Part shown: positions 21,281 through 31,325 of the stretch, piece by piece
Numbering within the stretch: the first letter of the stretch is position 1
Layout of the letters: the number at the start of each line of letters is the position of its first letter
Origin: an uncultured Pseudomonadota bacterium
GTDB taxonomy: Bacteria > Pseudomonadota > Gammaproteobacteria > Burkholderiales > Methylophilaceae
DNA: 55,958 bases
Direction of reading: 5' to 3'
Assembly: GCA_903860085.1 (NCBI GenBank)
Contig: CAIOPD010000071.1
Coordinates: 1-55,958, forward strand
Translations under genes and position numbers: made by a program
Notes under the pieces: generated by a model
Told to the model about the DNA's origin: nothing
The model's input: the letters and a program-made list of their open reading frames with translations, nothing else
The model's database searches: none

Positions 21281-22821
21281 AACAAGGGTTTCAACTTAAA
21301 TTTTCACAAAACCTTTCACTTACGCCACAACTGCAACAAGCGATTCGACTATTACAACTATCCAGCCTAGAACTGAATCAAGAAATTGATGTGTTAATGC
21401 AAACTAACCCACTATTGGAGCGCGATGAAACCGGTGAAGATGAATACGGTGACGCCTCAGGAGCGGGTGCAGATGACACGGCAAGTGCACAAACTACTCA
21501 AGAATCCCATTCAGAATCTTTGAACGCAGAAGCTTCAGAAAGTTATACGGACGCAAATCAAAGCTCAGAAAGCAACCATAAAAACGAGGTTGCAGAATTT
21601 GATGCCAATCAAACCAGCACAGAATATGCGACCGAATTTAACGATGAGTTTGATGAGTTTTCCAATGGCAGTCGCTGGGATGAAAATAGTACGCCATCTG
21701 ATGACGACAGCGACTTTAAGCAACAAGAAACACTGCCCACCAGCCTGCGCCAACATCTCCTTTCCCAATTAAAATTGATGCCTTTGTCAGCGCGTGACCA
21801 AACATTGGCCTTGTTGCTAGTGGATAGTATTAATGAAGATGGCTATTTAGAAGAGTCGCTTGAGGATGTTGCAGAACAGATGCCACTTGAGCTTGAAATA
21901 GAGGCATTAGAACTACAGACTGCATTACACCTTATTCAGCATTTAGATCCCGTTGGCGTGGGTGCGCGCAACCTAAGTGAGTGCTTATTATTACAATTGG
22001 AGTTGATGCCACCATCTACTCCTAACTTAGCATTAGCTATCAAAGTGGCCCGGCACCATTTACCAGCGCTAGGAGCACGTGACTTTACAAAGTTACGCAA
22101 AGAACTAGCTTGTGATGAAGCCACACTAAAGCTTGTACAGCAACTAGTAACCAGCCTCAATCCGAGGCCTGGAAGCGCATATAGTCTAATAGGTTCAGAA
22201 CACTATATTCAACATGAAGTCATCATAAAAAAGGTAAAGGGCGTTTGGATAGCAAGTCTAAATGATGGCGTGATACCAAAGCTGAAAATCAACCAACTCT
22301 ACGCCAACATTCTGAAGCGGAATCGGGACAGCTCTAGTCAATACCTACAAAGCCAAATGCAAGAAGCGAAGTGGATGATTAAAAATATTCAGCAACGCTT
22401 TTCGACCATATTGCGGGTATCACAGGCGATTGTTGATCGCCAACGTAATTTTTTGGAATATGGTGAAGTGGCCATGCGACCGCTAGTATTACGTGAAATT
22501 GCCGATGAGCTAGGACTACATGAGTCAACCATCTCTCGTGTCACTACCAATAAATATATGCTCACCCCGCGTGGAATTTTTGAACTCAAATACTTCTTTG
22601 GTAGCTCGGTTTCCACCGACAGCGGTGGCACTTGTTCGGCAACGGCGATTCGCGCTTTAATTAAACAATTGGTCGATCAAGAAAACCAAAAAAAACCCTA
22701 TTCTGACAATCAGATTACTGAGCTATTAGCCAAACAAGGTATCGTGGTAGCTAGGCGCACCATTGCAAAATATCGAGAATCGTTAAATATTCCACCGGCC
22801 AGCCTTAGAAAAACGCTATAA
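21277..22821 (+). CDS. rpoN: RNA polymerase sigma-54
   Basis: [20 protein letters not shown], RpoN box ARRTIAKYR. Confidence 0.98.
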   Translation: MKQGFQLKFSQNLSLTPQLQQAIRLLQLSSLELNQEIDVLMQTNPLLERDETGEDEYGDASGAGADDTASAQTTQESHSESLNAEASESYTDANQSSESNHKNEVAEFDANQTSTEYATEFNDEFDEFSNGSRWDENSTPSDDDSDFKQQETLPTSLRQHLLSQLKLMPLSARDQTLALLLVDSINEDGYLEESLEDVAEQMPLELEIEALELQTALHLIQHLDPVGVGARNLSECLLLQLELMPPSTPNLALAIKVARHHLPALGARDFTKLRKELACDEATLKLVQQLVTSLNPRPGSAYSLIGSEHYIQHEVIIKKVKGVWIASLNDGVIPKLKINQLYANILKRNRDSSSQYLQSQMQEAKWMIKNIQQRFSTILRVSQAIVDRQRNFLEYGEVAMRPLVLREIADELGLHESTISRVTTNKYMLTPRGIFELKYFFGSSVSTDSGGTCSATAIRALIKQLVDQENQKKPYSDNQITELLAKQGIVVARRTIAKYRESLNIPPASLRKTL

Positions 22822-23028
22822 ACTCAATTTAAAATGGCATAGATAATTCTCATCACAAAAAATAGTAATTCGCACTAGCACAGACGCCAATTAAAGTAGT
22901 AAACTGAAATTGTTCGACGAGTTTTGAAGTACAAAAATTTTTAATGTATGCAAGATTTGCTGCAAGTAGCTCCAAACTGAAAATTTGATGTTTTCAGAAC
23001 TTGAAGGATATTTTAAAAGGAGCGAGTC

Positions 23029-23358
23029 ATGAATTTACAATTAACTGGTCTGCATTTAGAAGTAACCCCTGCATTACGCGATTATGTCACAAGCAAATTA
23101 ACCCGAATTAGCAACCACTTTGATCATGTCATCGACGTCAAAGTCACATTGAGTGTTGAGAAACTCGCCCAAAAAGTAGAGGCCACACTGCATGTTCCCG
23201 GTAACGATCTTCACGCTGCTTGCACTGATGAAAACATGTACAGCGCAATTGATATGTTGACCGATAAATTAGATCGCCAAGTGTTAAAACATAAAGAAAA
23301 AAATGGCGATCACCATAAATCCAATGGCGCAGTTAAGCACCAAGTCGCTGAAGAATAA
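23029..23358 (+). CDS. hpf: Ribosome hibernation promoting factor
   Basis: TPALRDYV, MYSAID, KLDRQ; directly downstream of rpoN. Confidence 0.93.
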   Translation: MNLQLTGLHLEVTPALRDYVTSKLTRISNHFDHVIDVKVTLSVEKLAQKVEATLHVPGNDLHAACTDENMYSAIDMLTDKLDRQVLKHKEKNGDHHKSNGAVKHQVAEE

Positions 23359-23378
23359 ATATTCTTATATAACCACTT

Positions 23379-24329
23379 ATGGCTCAAATTAATGTAGCTG
23401 AGCTATTCAAACAAACCCGCCGCAAACTCAAACTGAACTGGGTAGCTGGAGCAAACGGCGGGTCCAAAACCCTCTCAAGCGTTACTGTCTCAAAACCATC
23501 ATTAGCACTTATCGGCCATCTTAATTTCGTTCACCCAAATCGTGTGCAGGTACTCGGTTGCGCTGAAATGGACTACTTGCGAAGCCTGCCGGCCGAAGAG
23601 GCAACACAATCTATAGAAAACTTATACTCCACCGACTTGGCAGCAGTCATTGTAGCTAATGGTGAAAAAGTTCCAGATACTCTAATCGCCGCTGCTGATA
23701 AGCATCTAACTCCACTGTTTACTTCACCACTGCGTAGCCCAGAATTGATGGATATTTTGAGCCATTTTCTAGCTCAAGCTGTAGCTGATTCTGTCAGTCT
23801 GCATGGGGTTTTTATGGAAGTCCAAGGCTTTGGCGCCTTAATTAAGGGTGATGCTGCAATCGGTAAAAGCGAACTGGCATTAGAACTTATTTCGCGCGGT
23901 CACCGTCTGATTGCTGACGATATCGTCGATTTTTTTAGAATTTCTCCCGAGCGCATTGAGGGCCGATGTCCTCCATTATTACAAGACTTTTTAGAAGTAC
24001 GTGGATTGGGTATTTTAAATATACGCGCTCTGTTTGGCGACAATTCCGTAAAACCGACCAAGCCATTAGATTTGATTATTCAGTTGGAAATGGCTGACAA
24101 ACAAGCGCCTCAACTTTTAGATAGACTGAGTATTAAAACCCAAAATGAAGAGGTGCTGGGCGTTAAGGTGCCAAAAGTACGGATTCCTATTGCCGCTGGG
24201 CGTAATATTGCCGTACTCGTAGAGGTTGCTATACGCAACCACATGCTACTATTACGTGGGATTAATGCAACAAAACAGTTCACTCAGCGCCAACAGCGCG
24301 AGATGAAAAAATCAAAATTAAATAATTAA
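23379..24329 (+). CDS. hprK: HPr(Ser) kinase/phosphorylase
   Basis: HGVF, GKSELALEL, ADD, LEVRGLGI, GRNIAVLVE. Confidence 0.95.
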   Translation: MAQINVAELFKQTRRKLKLNWVAGANGGSKTLSSVTVSKPSLALIGHLNFVHPNRVQVLGCAEMDYLRSLPAEEATQSIENLYSTDLAAVIVANGEKVPDTLIAAADKHLTPLFTSPLRSPELMDILSHFLAQAVADSVSLHGVFMEVQGFGALIKGDAAIGKSELALELISRGHRLIADDIVDFFRISPERIEGRCPPLLQDFLEVRGLGILNIRALFGDNSVKPTKPLDLIIQLEMADKQAPQLLDRLSIKTQNEEVLGVKVPKVRIPIAAGRNIAVLVEVAIRNHMLLLRGINATKQFTQRQQREMKKSKLNN

Positions 24330-24373
24330 TGTAGATTCATATAGGCATGAATTCAGTAGATTTCTAAATCACT

Positions 24374-25240
24374 ATGAAACAACTCATTATCGTTACCGGA
24401 TTATCCGGATCAGGCAAAAGCATCGCACTACGGGCGTTGGAAGACAGTGGCTATTATTGCATAGACAATTTACCGGCAACCATGTTGCCCAGCATCTCCG
24501 AGCATCTTCAGTCTACTAAACAAACATCTAATGAATTCAATGCTGCTAAGCACGACCGTGTAGCGATTAGCATAGATAGCCGAAGCGCTGCAATTGAAAC
24601 ACTGCCTGCTCATATTGAACAACTGAAGGCACAGAACATCAATACTCAAGTATTGTTTCTAGAGTCAAATATTGAAACCTTAGTCAAAAGATTCAGCGAA
24701 ACTCGGCGTAAGCATCCCTTAAGTAGAGATACGACTACACTGGCCGAAAGTATCGCCTTCGAGCGCGAATTACTTGGCGATTTAGGCCAGTTAGGTCATG
24801 TAATCGACACTAGCAATCTGAGTGCTAACACCTTGCGTGGCTGGGTTAAGGATATTGTTGCCACCGACCATAAGGGCTTGACGCTTTTATTTACCTCGTT
24901 TGGTTTTAAGCACGGCATTCCGCTAGATGCGGATTTTGTATTTGATGTGCGCTGTCTGCCAAACCCACATTACGACCCTCAATTGCGCGACTTAACAGGC
25001 CAAGATGCTTTAGTACAAGAATTTTTAAATAAACAAAATGATGTGCATGAAATGCTACAAGATATTCGCCTGTACATTGAAAAATGGCTACCCCATTTTG
25101 TCACAGATAACCGCAGCTATTTAACAGTAGCTATTGGCTGTACAGGTGGCCAGCACCGCTCCGTATTCTTTGTAGAACAGTTAAGTCAATATTTTATGCC
25201 GCACCAAAAAGTACTGACACGGCATCGAGAGTTGATTTAA
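24374..25240 (+). CDS. rapZ: RNase adapter RapZ
   Basis: GLSGSGKS, SFGFKHG, DVRCLPNP, GCTGGQHRS. Confidence 0.95.
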   Translation: MKQLIIVTGLSGSGKSIALRALEDSGYYCIDNLPATMLPSISEHLQSTKQTSNEFNAAKHDRVAISIDSRSAAIETLPAHIEQLKAQNINTQVLFLESNIETLVKRFSETRRKHPLSRDTTTLAESIAFERELLGDLGQLGHVIDTSNLSANTLRGWVKDIVATDHKGLTLLFTSFGFKHGIPLDADFVFDVRCLPNPHYDPQLRDLTGQDALVQEFLNKQNDVHEMLQDIRLYIEKWLPHFVTDNRSYLTVAIGCTGGQHRSVFFVEQLSQYFMPHQKVLTRHRELI

Positions 25241-25321
25241 GTAGACATATATAGCTTTAACTTCAATTGTCGCTAAAATAGCTACCTCGGCAGGATCTAC
25301 ACTTTTAAAGTTGAGAGAAAA

Positions 25322-25729
25322 ATGATTGGTATTTTAATTATCGCGCACGGTAGTCTGGGGAATAGCCTACTTGAATGCGCCCGTCATGTGGTGGGTAAAG
25401 AGCCACAACAAGTCGCTTGCCTAGCAGTAACTAGTGATGATGACCCTACAAAGACGTTGCCGAACGCAATGGCCTTGGTTGCAGAACTTAATAGCGGTGA
25501 TGGTGTATTAGTGCTTTCTGATATGTATGGTGCAACTCCCTGCAATATTGTCGGAAAGTTATTGCAACCAGGTGTGGTAGAAGGCGTCGCCGGCATTAAC
25601 TTACCTATGCTTATCCGTACAATAAACTATCAACATGAATCACTGCAGACCTTGATTGAAAAGGCCGTCAGCGGTGGGCGTGAAGGGGTAGTGCATTTCA
25701 CTCGTGAAAGCTGCGAACGCTATGACTGA
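25322..25729 (+). CDS. PTS EIIA component, mannose/fructose type
   Basis: IIAHG, DMYGATPCN, GINLPML. Confidence 0.92.
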   Translation: MIGILIIAHGSLGNSLLECARHVVGKEPQQVACLAVTSDDDPTKTLPNAMALVAELNSGDGVLVLSDMYGATPCNIVGKLLQPGVVEGVAGINLPMLIRTINYQHESLQTLIEKAVSGGREGVVHFTRESCERYD

Positions 25730-25776
25730 ATTCAATGCTAATTACAACTTAGCTGAAACAACTGGTGAAAAATAAT

Positions 25777-26046
25777 ATGATTAGCACCCAGCTAGAAATT
25801 ATCAATAAATTAGGCTTGCACGCGCGCGCCTCTACCAAACTTACCCAAACCGCCAGTCGGTTTAATAGTGAAATTTGGGTTGAGCGGAATGGTCGTCGCG
25901 TTAATGCAAAAAGCATTATGGGTGTCATGATGCTTGCAGCAGCTAAAGGTTCGATCATTACCTTAGAGGCCAATGGTGAAGATGAAGTACAGGCCATAGA
26001 AGCTTTATGTGATTTGATTAATGACTATTTTGGTGAGGGCGAATAA
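25777..26046 (+). CDS. ptsH: Phosphocarrier protein HPr
   Basis: NKLGLHARA and NAKSIMG; ATG at 25777. Confidence 0.95.
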   Translation: MISTQLEIINKLGLHARASTKLTQTASRFNSEIWVERNGRRVNAKSIMGVMMLAAAKGSIITLEANGEDEVQAIEALCDLINDYFGEGE

Positions 26047-26077
26047 AGCCATATGCCAATCATGAACGAAACGAATA

Positions 26078-27826
26078 ATGACTAGCTTTAGCATACACGG
26101 TGTAGGCGTATCTAGTGGCATCGCTATTGGTCAAGCGCATCTCGTTTCTAATGCTTTATTGGAGGTGGTGCACTACCAGCTTCCTAAACATTTAATTGAT
26201 GACGAAATTAAGCGTTTTAGCAACGCGATCGCTACAGTTAAGCTAGATTTAGAGCAAATTAAGCTAAGTTTACGTAGTAATGCCCCCGCTGAATTGGGTG
26301 CATTTATAGGTACGCATTTAATGATGTTGGCTGACCGCTCTTTATCTGAAATCCCTAAAGACATCATTCGCAACGAACAATGCAATGCTGAATGGGCAAT
26401 TAAATTGCAGATGGACGACATTGTTGAGCAGTTTGAGCAGATTGAAGATGAGTATCTGCGTGAGCGTAAACAAGACGTAATTCAAGTTGTTGAGCGTGTA
26501 CTGAAAGTGCTACTGGGTCATGCTAGCCAACTAAGTAACAAACAGCAAAACAGCGTAATTAATACTGAGCGTAAGCTCATATTAGTAGCGCACGACATCT
26601 CACCAGCAGATGCCATTCAGTTTAAACAACACCAATTTGCTGCCTTTATTACCGATGTCGGCGGGGTAACCTCACATACGGCAATTCTGGCGCGCAGCTT
26701 GAATATTCCTTCTATTGTTGCCTTGCAACGTGCACGCGATTTAATCAATGATGGTGAACTGATTATCGTTGACGGTAGCTTAGGGGTGGTCATTGTTAGT
26801 CCATCCAAAGAGATACTTGCTGAATATAAGCTACGTCAAGAGCAATGGGAACTTGAACAACAAAAATTACAGCGCATCAAATCCACCAAAGCAGTGACAA
26901 TGGATGGCGTACATATTGAACTATTTGCCAACATTGAAGTGCCTGAAGACGTTACTGCAGCCAAATCCTCCGGCGCAACGGGCATAGGTCTCTACCGGAC
27001 CGAATTCTTGTTTATGAATCGCCGCGATATGCCAGACGAGGAAGAGCAGTTTGTCGCTTATAAATCTGTGGCCGAGGCAATGAAAGGTGCAGTAGTCATT
27101 ATTCGCACCCTAGATTTAGGTGCTGATAAACAAATGAATCCTGACAGCGTGAGCAATTGTGCCAATCCTGCATTGGGATTGCGTGCGATTCGCTTATGCT
27201 TATCTGAACCGAAAATCTTTCACACACAATTGCGCGCCCTATTACGCGCCTCACACTTTGGTAATATCAAAATATTGATCCCAATGCTGTCCACATTAGG
27301 CGAACTGCGTCAAACTAAGTTATTGCTAGAGCGAGCCAAACAAAGTTTACGTAAACAGGGCATCTCCTTTAATGAAAACATTGCTCTCGGCGGGATGATT
27401 GAAGTTCCTGCTGCCGCGATTAATGCAGAAGCCTTTGCTAAAGAATTGGACTTTTTATCTATAGGTACTAATGATTTAATTCAATATACCTTAGCCATAG
27501 ACCGTACCGATGATGCTGTAGCACACCTATACAACCCATTACATCCATCAGTTTTGAAACTGCTTTCCATGACCATTAAGGCCGCCGAAAAATTAGGGAA
27601 ATCAGTTTCAGTTTGTGGAGAAATGGCTGGCGATGCTAAATTTACCAAGTTATTAATTGGCATGGGGTTGCGTCAACTATCGATGCACCCTTCTCATGTG
27701 TTGAATGTAAAACAACAAATCCTACACAGCCAACTAGGTCTTCTTAACAGCAATGCACGAAAAATACTGGCCCTTACCGACCTAGACAAAATAGAGCCTA
27801 TGGTTACCAAGTTTAATCAGCATTAA
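26078..27826 (+). CDS. ptsI: PTS enzyme I (no GAF domain)
   Basis: TSHTAILAR, GLYRTEFL, NPALGLRAIR, SIGTNDL, CGEMAG. Confidence 0.93.
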   Translation: MTSFSIHGVGVSSGIAIGQAHLVSNALLEVVHYQLPKHLIDDEIKRFSNAIATVKLDLEQIKLSLRSNAPAELGAFIGTHLMMLADRSLSEIPKDIIRNEQCNAEWAIKLQMDDIVEQFEQIEDEYLRERKQDVIQVVERVLKVLLGHASQLSNKQQNSVINTERKLILVAHDISPADAIQFKQHQFAAFITDVGGVTSHTAILARSLNIPSIVALQRARDLINDGELIIVDGSLGVVIVSPSKEILAEYKLRQEQWELEQQKLQRIKSTKAVTMDGVHIELFANIEVPEDVTAAKSSGATGIGLYRTEFLFMNRRDMPDEEEQFVAYKSVAEAMKGAVVIIRTLDLGADKQMNPDSVSNCANPALGLRAIRLCLSEPKIFHTQLRALLRASHFGNIKILIPMLSTLGELRQTKLLLERAKQSLRKQGISFNENIALGGMIEVPAAAINAEAFAKELDFLSIGTNDLIQYTLAIDRTDDAVAHLYNPLHPSVLKLLSMTIKAAEKLGKSVSVCGEMAGDAKFTKLLIGMGLRQLSMHPSHVLNVKQQILHSQLGLLNSNARKILALTDLDKIEPMVTKFNQH

Positions 27827-27845
27827 CTCACTAAAAGGAACTGGC

Positions 27846-28202
27846 ATGTCTACAGATGGAACTTCAACTAGCAATACTAATCCTACCAATGACGATAAAA
27901 ATATAGCCACGGTCACACATCTTGGCGGCATACTATTTTCATGCATTCCAGCTTTAGTCGTATGGCTACTCAAAAAAGATGACAGCGCTTACATTGCGAC
28001 GCAGGCAAAAGAAGCGCTTAACTTTCAAATCACCATACTCATCGCACAATTGACCGCATGGATTCTAGCTTGGCTACTAATTGGATTTTTGCTTATGCCT
28101 ATTATCTGGATATTGAACATTGTTTTATGCATAGTCGCCGCCATCTCTACTAGCAAAGGTCAAGATTATCGCTACCCATTTAGTTTACGTTTAATCAATT
28201 AA
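27846..28202 (+). CDS. DUF4870 membrane protein
   Basis: HL...PALVVWLLK...AKEALNFQIT...YRYP. Confidence 0.8.
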   Translation: MSTDGTSTSNTNPTNDDKNIATVTHLGGILFSCIPALVVWLLKKDDSAYIATQAKEALNFQITILIAQLTAWILAWLLIGFLLMPIIWILNIVLCIVAAISTSKGQDYRYPFSLRLIN

Positions 28203-28251
28203 TTGTTAGCCAGCTTAGGCTAGCTCAAGAAATATTAAAGGATCACCTGCA

Positions 28252-30306
28252 TTGACTACCCATTTATTACAAGACAACCCGCTATTGCACTTCACAGGCT
28301 TACCCAAGTTTGATCAGGTAAAAGCTGAACATGTCTCTCCAGCCATCGACCACTTACTCACCGAAGCTAGAAAAACAGTAGCAACTCTAAGCCAAGATAG
28401 TGCTAGCAACGTCACTTGGGAGAACTTTGCTGCCCAGTTAGAAGATATGGAAGAAAAACTCGCACGCGCTTGGTCTCAGGTTGGCCATATGAATGCTGTG
28501 GTGAACAGCCCAGAATTAAGGGCTGCCTATAATGATAATTTATCTAAGCTGACTGACTTCTATGCCGATTTAGGACAGGATGAGCGCCTGTATGCTAAAT
28601 TCCGTAGCTTACGTGCCAGCCCTGAATTTGATGCACTCCCACCTACACAGAAAAAAATTGTAGAAAACGAGCTACGTGATTTTCGCTTAGGTGGGGCAGA
28701 GTTATCCAACGCTAAAAAGGTCCGTTTTAAAGAAATTCAAGAACAGCTCTCTAAACTATCAGCTAAATTTGAAGAAAATGTACTTGATAACACCAATGAC
28801 TATTCGCTCTATGTAGAAGATGAAGACACTCTAGGTGGCATTCCAGATGATGTTCTGCAAACCGCTAAGGAAGCAGCAGTGGAAGAGCATAAAAGCGGAT
28901 GGAAATTTACATTGCATTCTCCATCTTATTTTCCAGTATTGCAGTACGGTCAAAACCGCGAGTTGCGCGCAACACTTTATCGCGCCTACGCTACTCGCGC
29001 CTCAGAATTTGGCAAACCGGAATGGGATAACACCCCACTCATTAAAGATATTCTAAAGTTACGTCTAGAAGCTGCAAACTTACTTGGTTTTGAAAACTAT
29101 GCTGAATTGTCACTCGCCACCAAAATGGCAGAATCACCGCAACATGTAAGTGATTTTTTGCAAGATTTAGCGGTAAAAGCCAAACCTTATGCGCTTAAAG
29201 ATAAAGCTGAGCTAGAGCAATATGCGGCCAAACTTGGCATCACCGATATGCAGGCTTGGGACGTAGCCTATGTCTCAGAAAAATTGCGCGAAGATAAGTA
29301 TGCTTTCTCAGATCTTGAAATAAAACAGTACTTTCCAGAAGCAAAAGTACTAGATGGTTTATTTAAAGTAGTAGAGTCTATCTTTGGCATACAGGTGAGC
29401 CCCTCACAAGCCTCTCTATGGCATGACACGGCAAGTTTCTATGACATTAAAGACCAAAACAACCAACTGATTGGCCAATTCTACTTAGACTTATATGCGC
29501 GTAACAATAAGCGCGGTGGCGCGTGGATGGATGAAGCAATCACTCGACGTAAAGTTAGTGGCGTAATCACCACGCCAGTCGCTTTTTTAACATGCAACTT
29601 CTCAGCACCCGTAGGTGGTAAACCAGCATTATTTACCCATGACGAAGTCTTGACTATGTTCCATGAGTTCGGTCACGGCCTGCATCATATGCTGACGCAA
29701 GTGAATGACTACAGCGTTTCTGGAATCAAGGGTGTGGAGTGGGATGCAGTTGAGCTACCTAGTCAGTTTATGGAAAACTTCTGTTGGGAGTGGGACGTAT
29801 TGCGTCACATGACCGCTCATGTAGATACCGGAGCACAGTTACCACGCGCACTGTTTGATAAAATGGTATTAGCTAAAAACTTTCAAGCCGGCATGCAAAC
29901 TATGCGTCAAATTGAATTCTCATTATTCGATATACGCTTACACAGTGAGTTTGATCCAGATGCACACCAAAGCGCGCTGGATTTAATAGAGACAGTTCGC
30001 GATGAAGTGGCTGTGGTGCGCCCGCCGAAATGGAATCGATTCCCGAATAATTTTACCCACATATTCGCAGGGGGCTACGCGGCTGGTTACTATAGTTATA
30101 AATGGGCGGAAGTTTTATCCGCTGATGCTTACAGCATGTTTGAAGAAGATGGTGTGCTCTCTAGAGAAACCGGTCAACGCTATTGGCAAGAAATTTTGGC
30201 GCGTGGTGGATCACGATCAGCGCTAGAATCTTTTACTGCGTTTCGTGGACGTGAACCTAATATTGATGCATTGCTACGCCATAATGGCATGAGCATAACT
30301 CAATAG
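28252..30306 (+). CDS. prlC: Oligopeptidase A (M3 family)
   Basis: NPLL, KRGGAWM, FHEFGHGLH, WDAVELPSQ, AGYYSYKWAE; TTG start. Confidence 0.95.
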   Translation: MTTHLLQDNPLLHFTGLPKFDQVKAEHVSPAIDHLLTEARKTVATLSQDSASNVTWENFAAQLEDMEEKLARAWSQVGHMNAVVNSPELRAAYNDNLSKLTDFYADLGQDERLYAKFRSLRASPEFDALPPTQKKIVENELRDFRLGGAELSNAKKVRFKEIQEQLSKLSAKFEENVLDNTNDYSLYVEDEDTLGGIPDDVLQTAKEAAVEEHKSGWKFTLHSPSYFPVLQYGQNRELRATLYRAYATRASEFGKPEWDNTPLIKDILKLRLEAANLLGFENYAELSLATKMAESPQHVSDFLQDLAVKAKPYALKDKAELEQYAAKLGITDMQAWDVAYVSEKLREDKYAFSDLEIKQYFPEAKVLDGLFKVVESIFGIQVSPSQASLWHDTASFYDIKDQNNQLIGQFYLDLYARNNKRGGAWMDEAITRRKVSGVITTPVAFLTCNFSAPVGGKPALFTHDEVLTMFHEFGHGLHHMLTQVNDYSVSGIKGVEWDAVELPSQFMENFCWEWDVLRHMTAHVDTGAQLPRALFDKMVLAKNFQAGMQTMRQIEFSLFDIRLHSEFDPDAHQSALDLIETVRDEVAVVRPPKWNRFPNNFTHIFAGGYAAGYYSYKWAEVLSADAYSMFEEDGVLSRETGQRYWQEILARGGSRSALESFTAFRGREPNIDALLRHNGMSITQ

Positions 30307-30317
30307 ACAAGACACTC

Positions 30318-30524
30318 ATGAAAAAAATACTTAAAACTTTAGCTAACATTCTCACCGGTTTTACCACTTTATTTATGATAATTGGGCTGGGTTATAACTT
30401 GGTGAATAATCTACCCATCAGCGATTTATTTGCAGTAGTGTCTTTCTGTTATGTAGCAATCGCAGCATTCAACTTTCTGATGCTTGGTGAAGCCACGCTA
30501 TGGCATAAACGCACTGACCTTTAG
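30318..30524 (+). CDS. Small two-TM hypothetical membrane protein (68 aa)
   Basis: ATG start, fills the prlC-xth gap on the same strand, two hydrophobic helices. Confidence 0.6.
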   Translation: MKKILKTLANILTGFTTLFMIIGLGYNLVNNLPISDLFAVVSFCYVAIAAFNFLMLGEATLWHKRTDL

Positions 30525-30542
30525 TCTTAATTATAGATCCCT

Positions 30543-31307
30543 ATGAAATTTGCAACTTGGAATGTCAATTCTCTCAATGTCAGATTGCCGCATGTATTAG
30601 ATTGGCTTCGCGACTCCCAGCCAGACGTATTATGTTTGCAGGAAACTAAACAGGAGGATGTGAAGTTTCCCTACGCAGAACTTGAAGCAGCGGGTTATCA
30701 CGCTATTCATATCGGGCAAAAAACCTATAATGGCGTGGCTATTTTAAGCCGCCATCCTATGACCAATATACAGAGGAATATTCCTAACTTTGAAGATGAT
30801 CAGCAGCGAGTTGTTGCCGCCGACATCAATGGCATACGCATTATTTGTGCTTATATCCCCAATGGTCAGGCTGTAGATTCTGACAAGTATCACTACAAAA
30901 TGCGTTGGTTGGTGGCGCTGACTGAATGGCTTAAAACTGAATTGGTCACACACCCTAAGCTCATGCTATTAGGTGATTACAATATTGCACCTGAAGATCG
31001 TGATTGCCATGATCCATCCGCATGGGTTGGTCAAATTTTGGTAAGCCCTGCAGAGCGTAATGCCTTTCAAAATATATTGGGTTTAGGCCTGCATGATAGC
31101 TTCCGCCTATTTGAGCAGGTGGATAAAAGCTATAGCTGGTGGGATTACCGCATGATGGGATTTAGGCGTAATTTTGGTATGCGCATAGACCATATTTTAG
31201 TCAGTGACGCCTTAAAATCTCTATGCATTAAAGCGCATATTGATAAAGCGCCGCGTATGTTAGAGCGCCCTTCTGACCATACGCCAGTTTTGCTAGAAAC
31301 CGCGTAA
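30543..31307 (+). CDS. xth: Exodeoxyribonuclease III
   Basis: TWNVNS, CLQETK, YNGVA, GDYNIAP, WWDYR, RIDH, SDHTP. Confidence 0.96.
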   Translation: MKFATWNVNSLNVRLPHVLDWLRDSQPDVLCLQETKQEDVKFPYAELEAAGYHAIHIGQKTYNGVAILSRHPMTNIQRNIPNFEDDQQRVVAADINGIRIICAYIPNGQAVDSDKYHYKMRWLVALTEWLKTELVTHPKLMLLGDYNIAPEDRDCHDPSAWVGQILVSPAERNAFQNILGLGLHDSFRLFEQVDKSYSWWDYRMMGFRRNFGMRIDHILVSDALKSLCIKAHIDKAPRMLERPSDHTPVLLETA

Positions 31308-31325
31308 GCTTTGGTGTGGCTATTC

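Noticed and set aside
22835-22856. Sigma-54 promoter or Fur box upstream of hpf (TGGCATAGATAATTCTCATC)
   Set aside because: The -12 GC is absent at the required spacing, and the Fur match is only partial.
23847-23873. HprK P-loop GDAAIGKSE as an inactivated kinase
   Set aside because: It still fits GxxxxGKS and the other catalytic motifs are intact.
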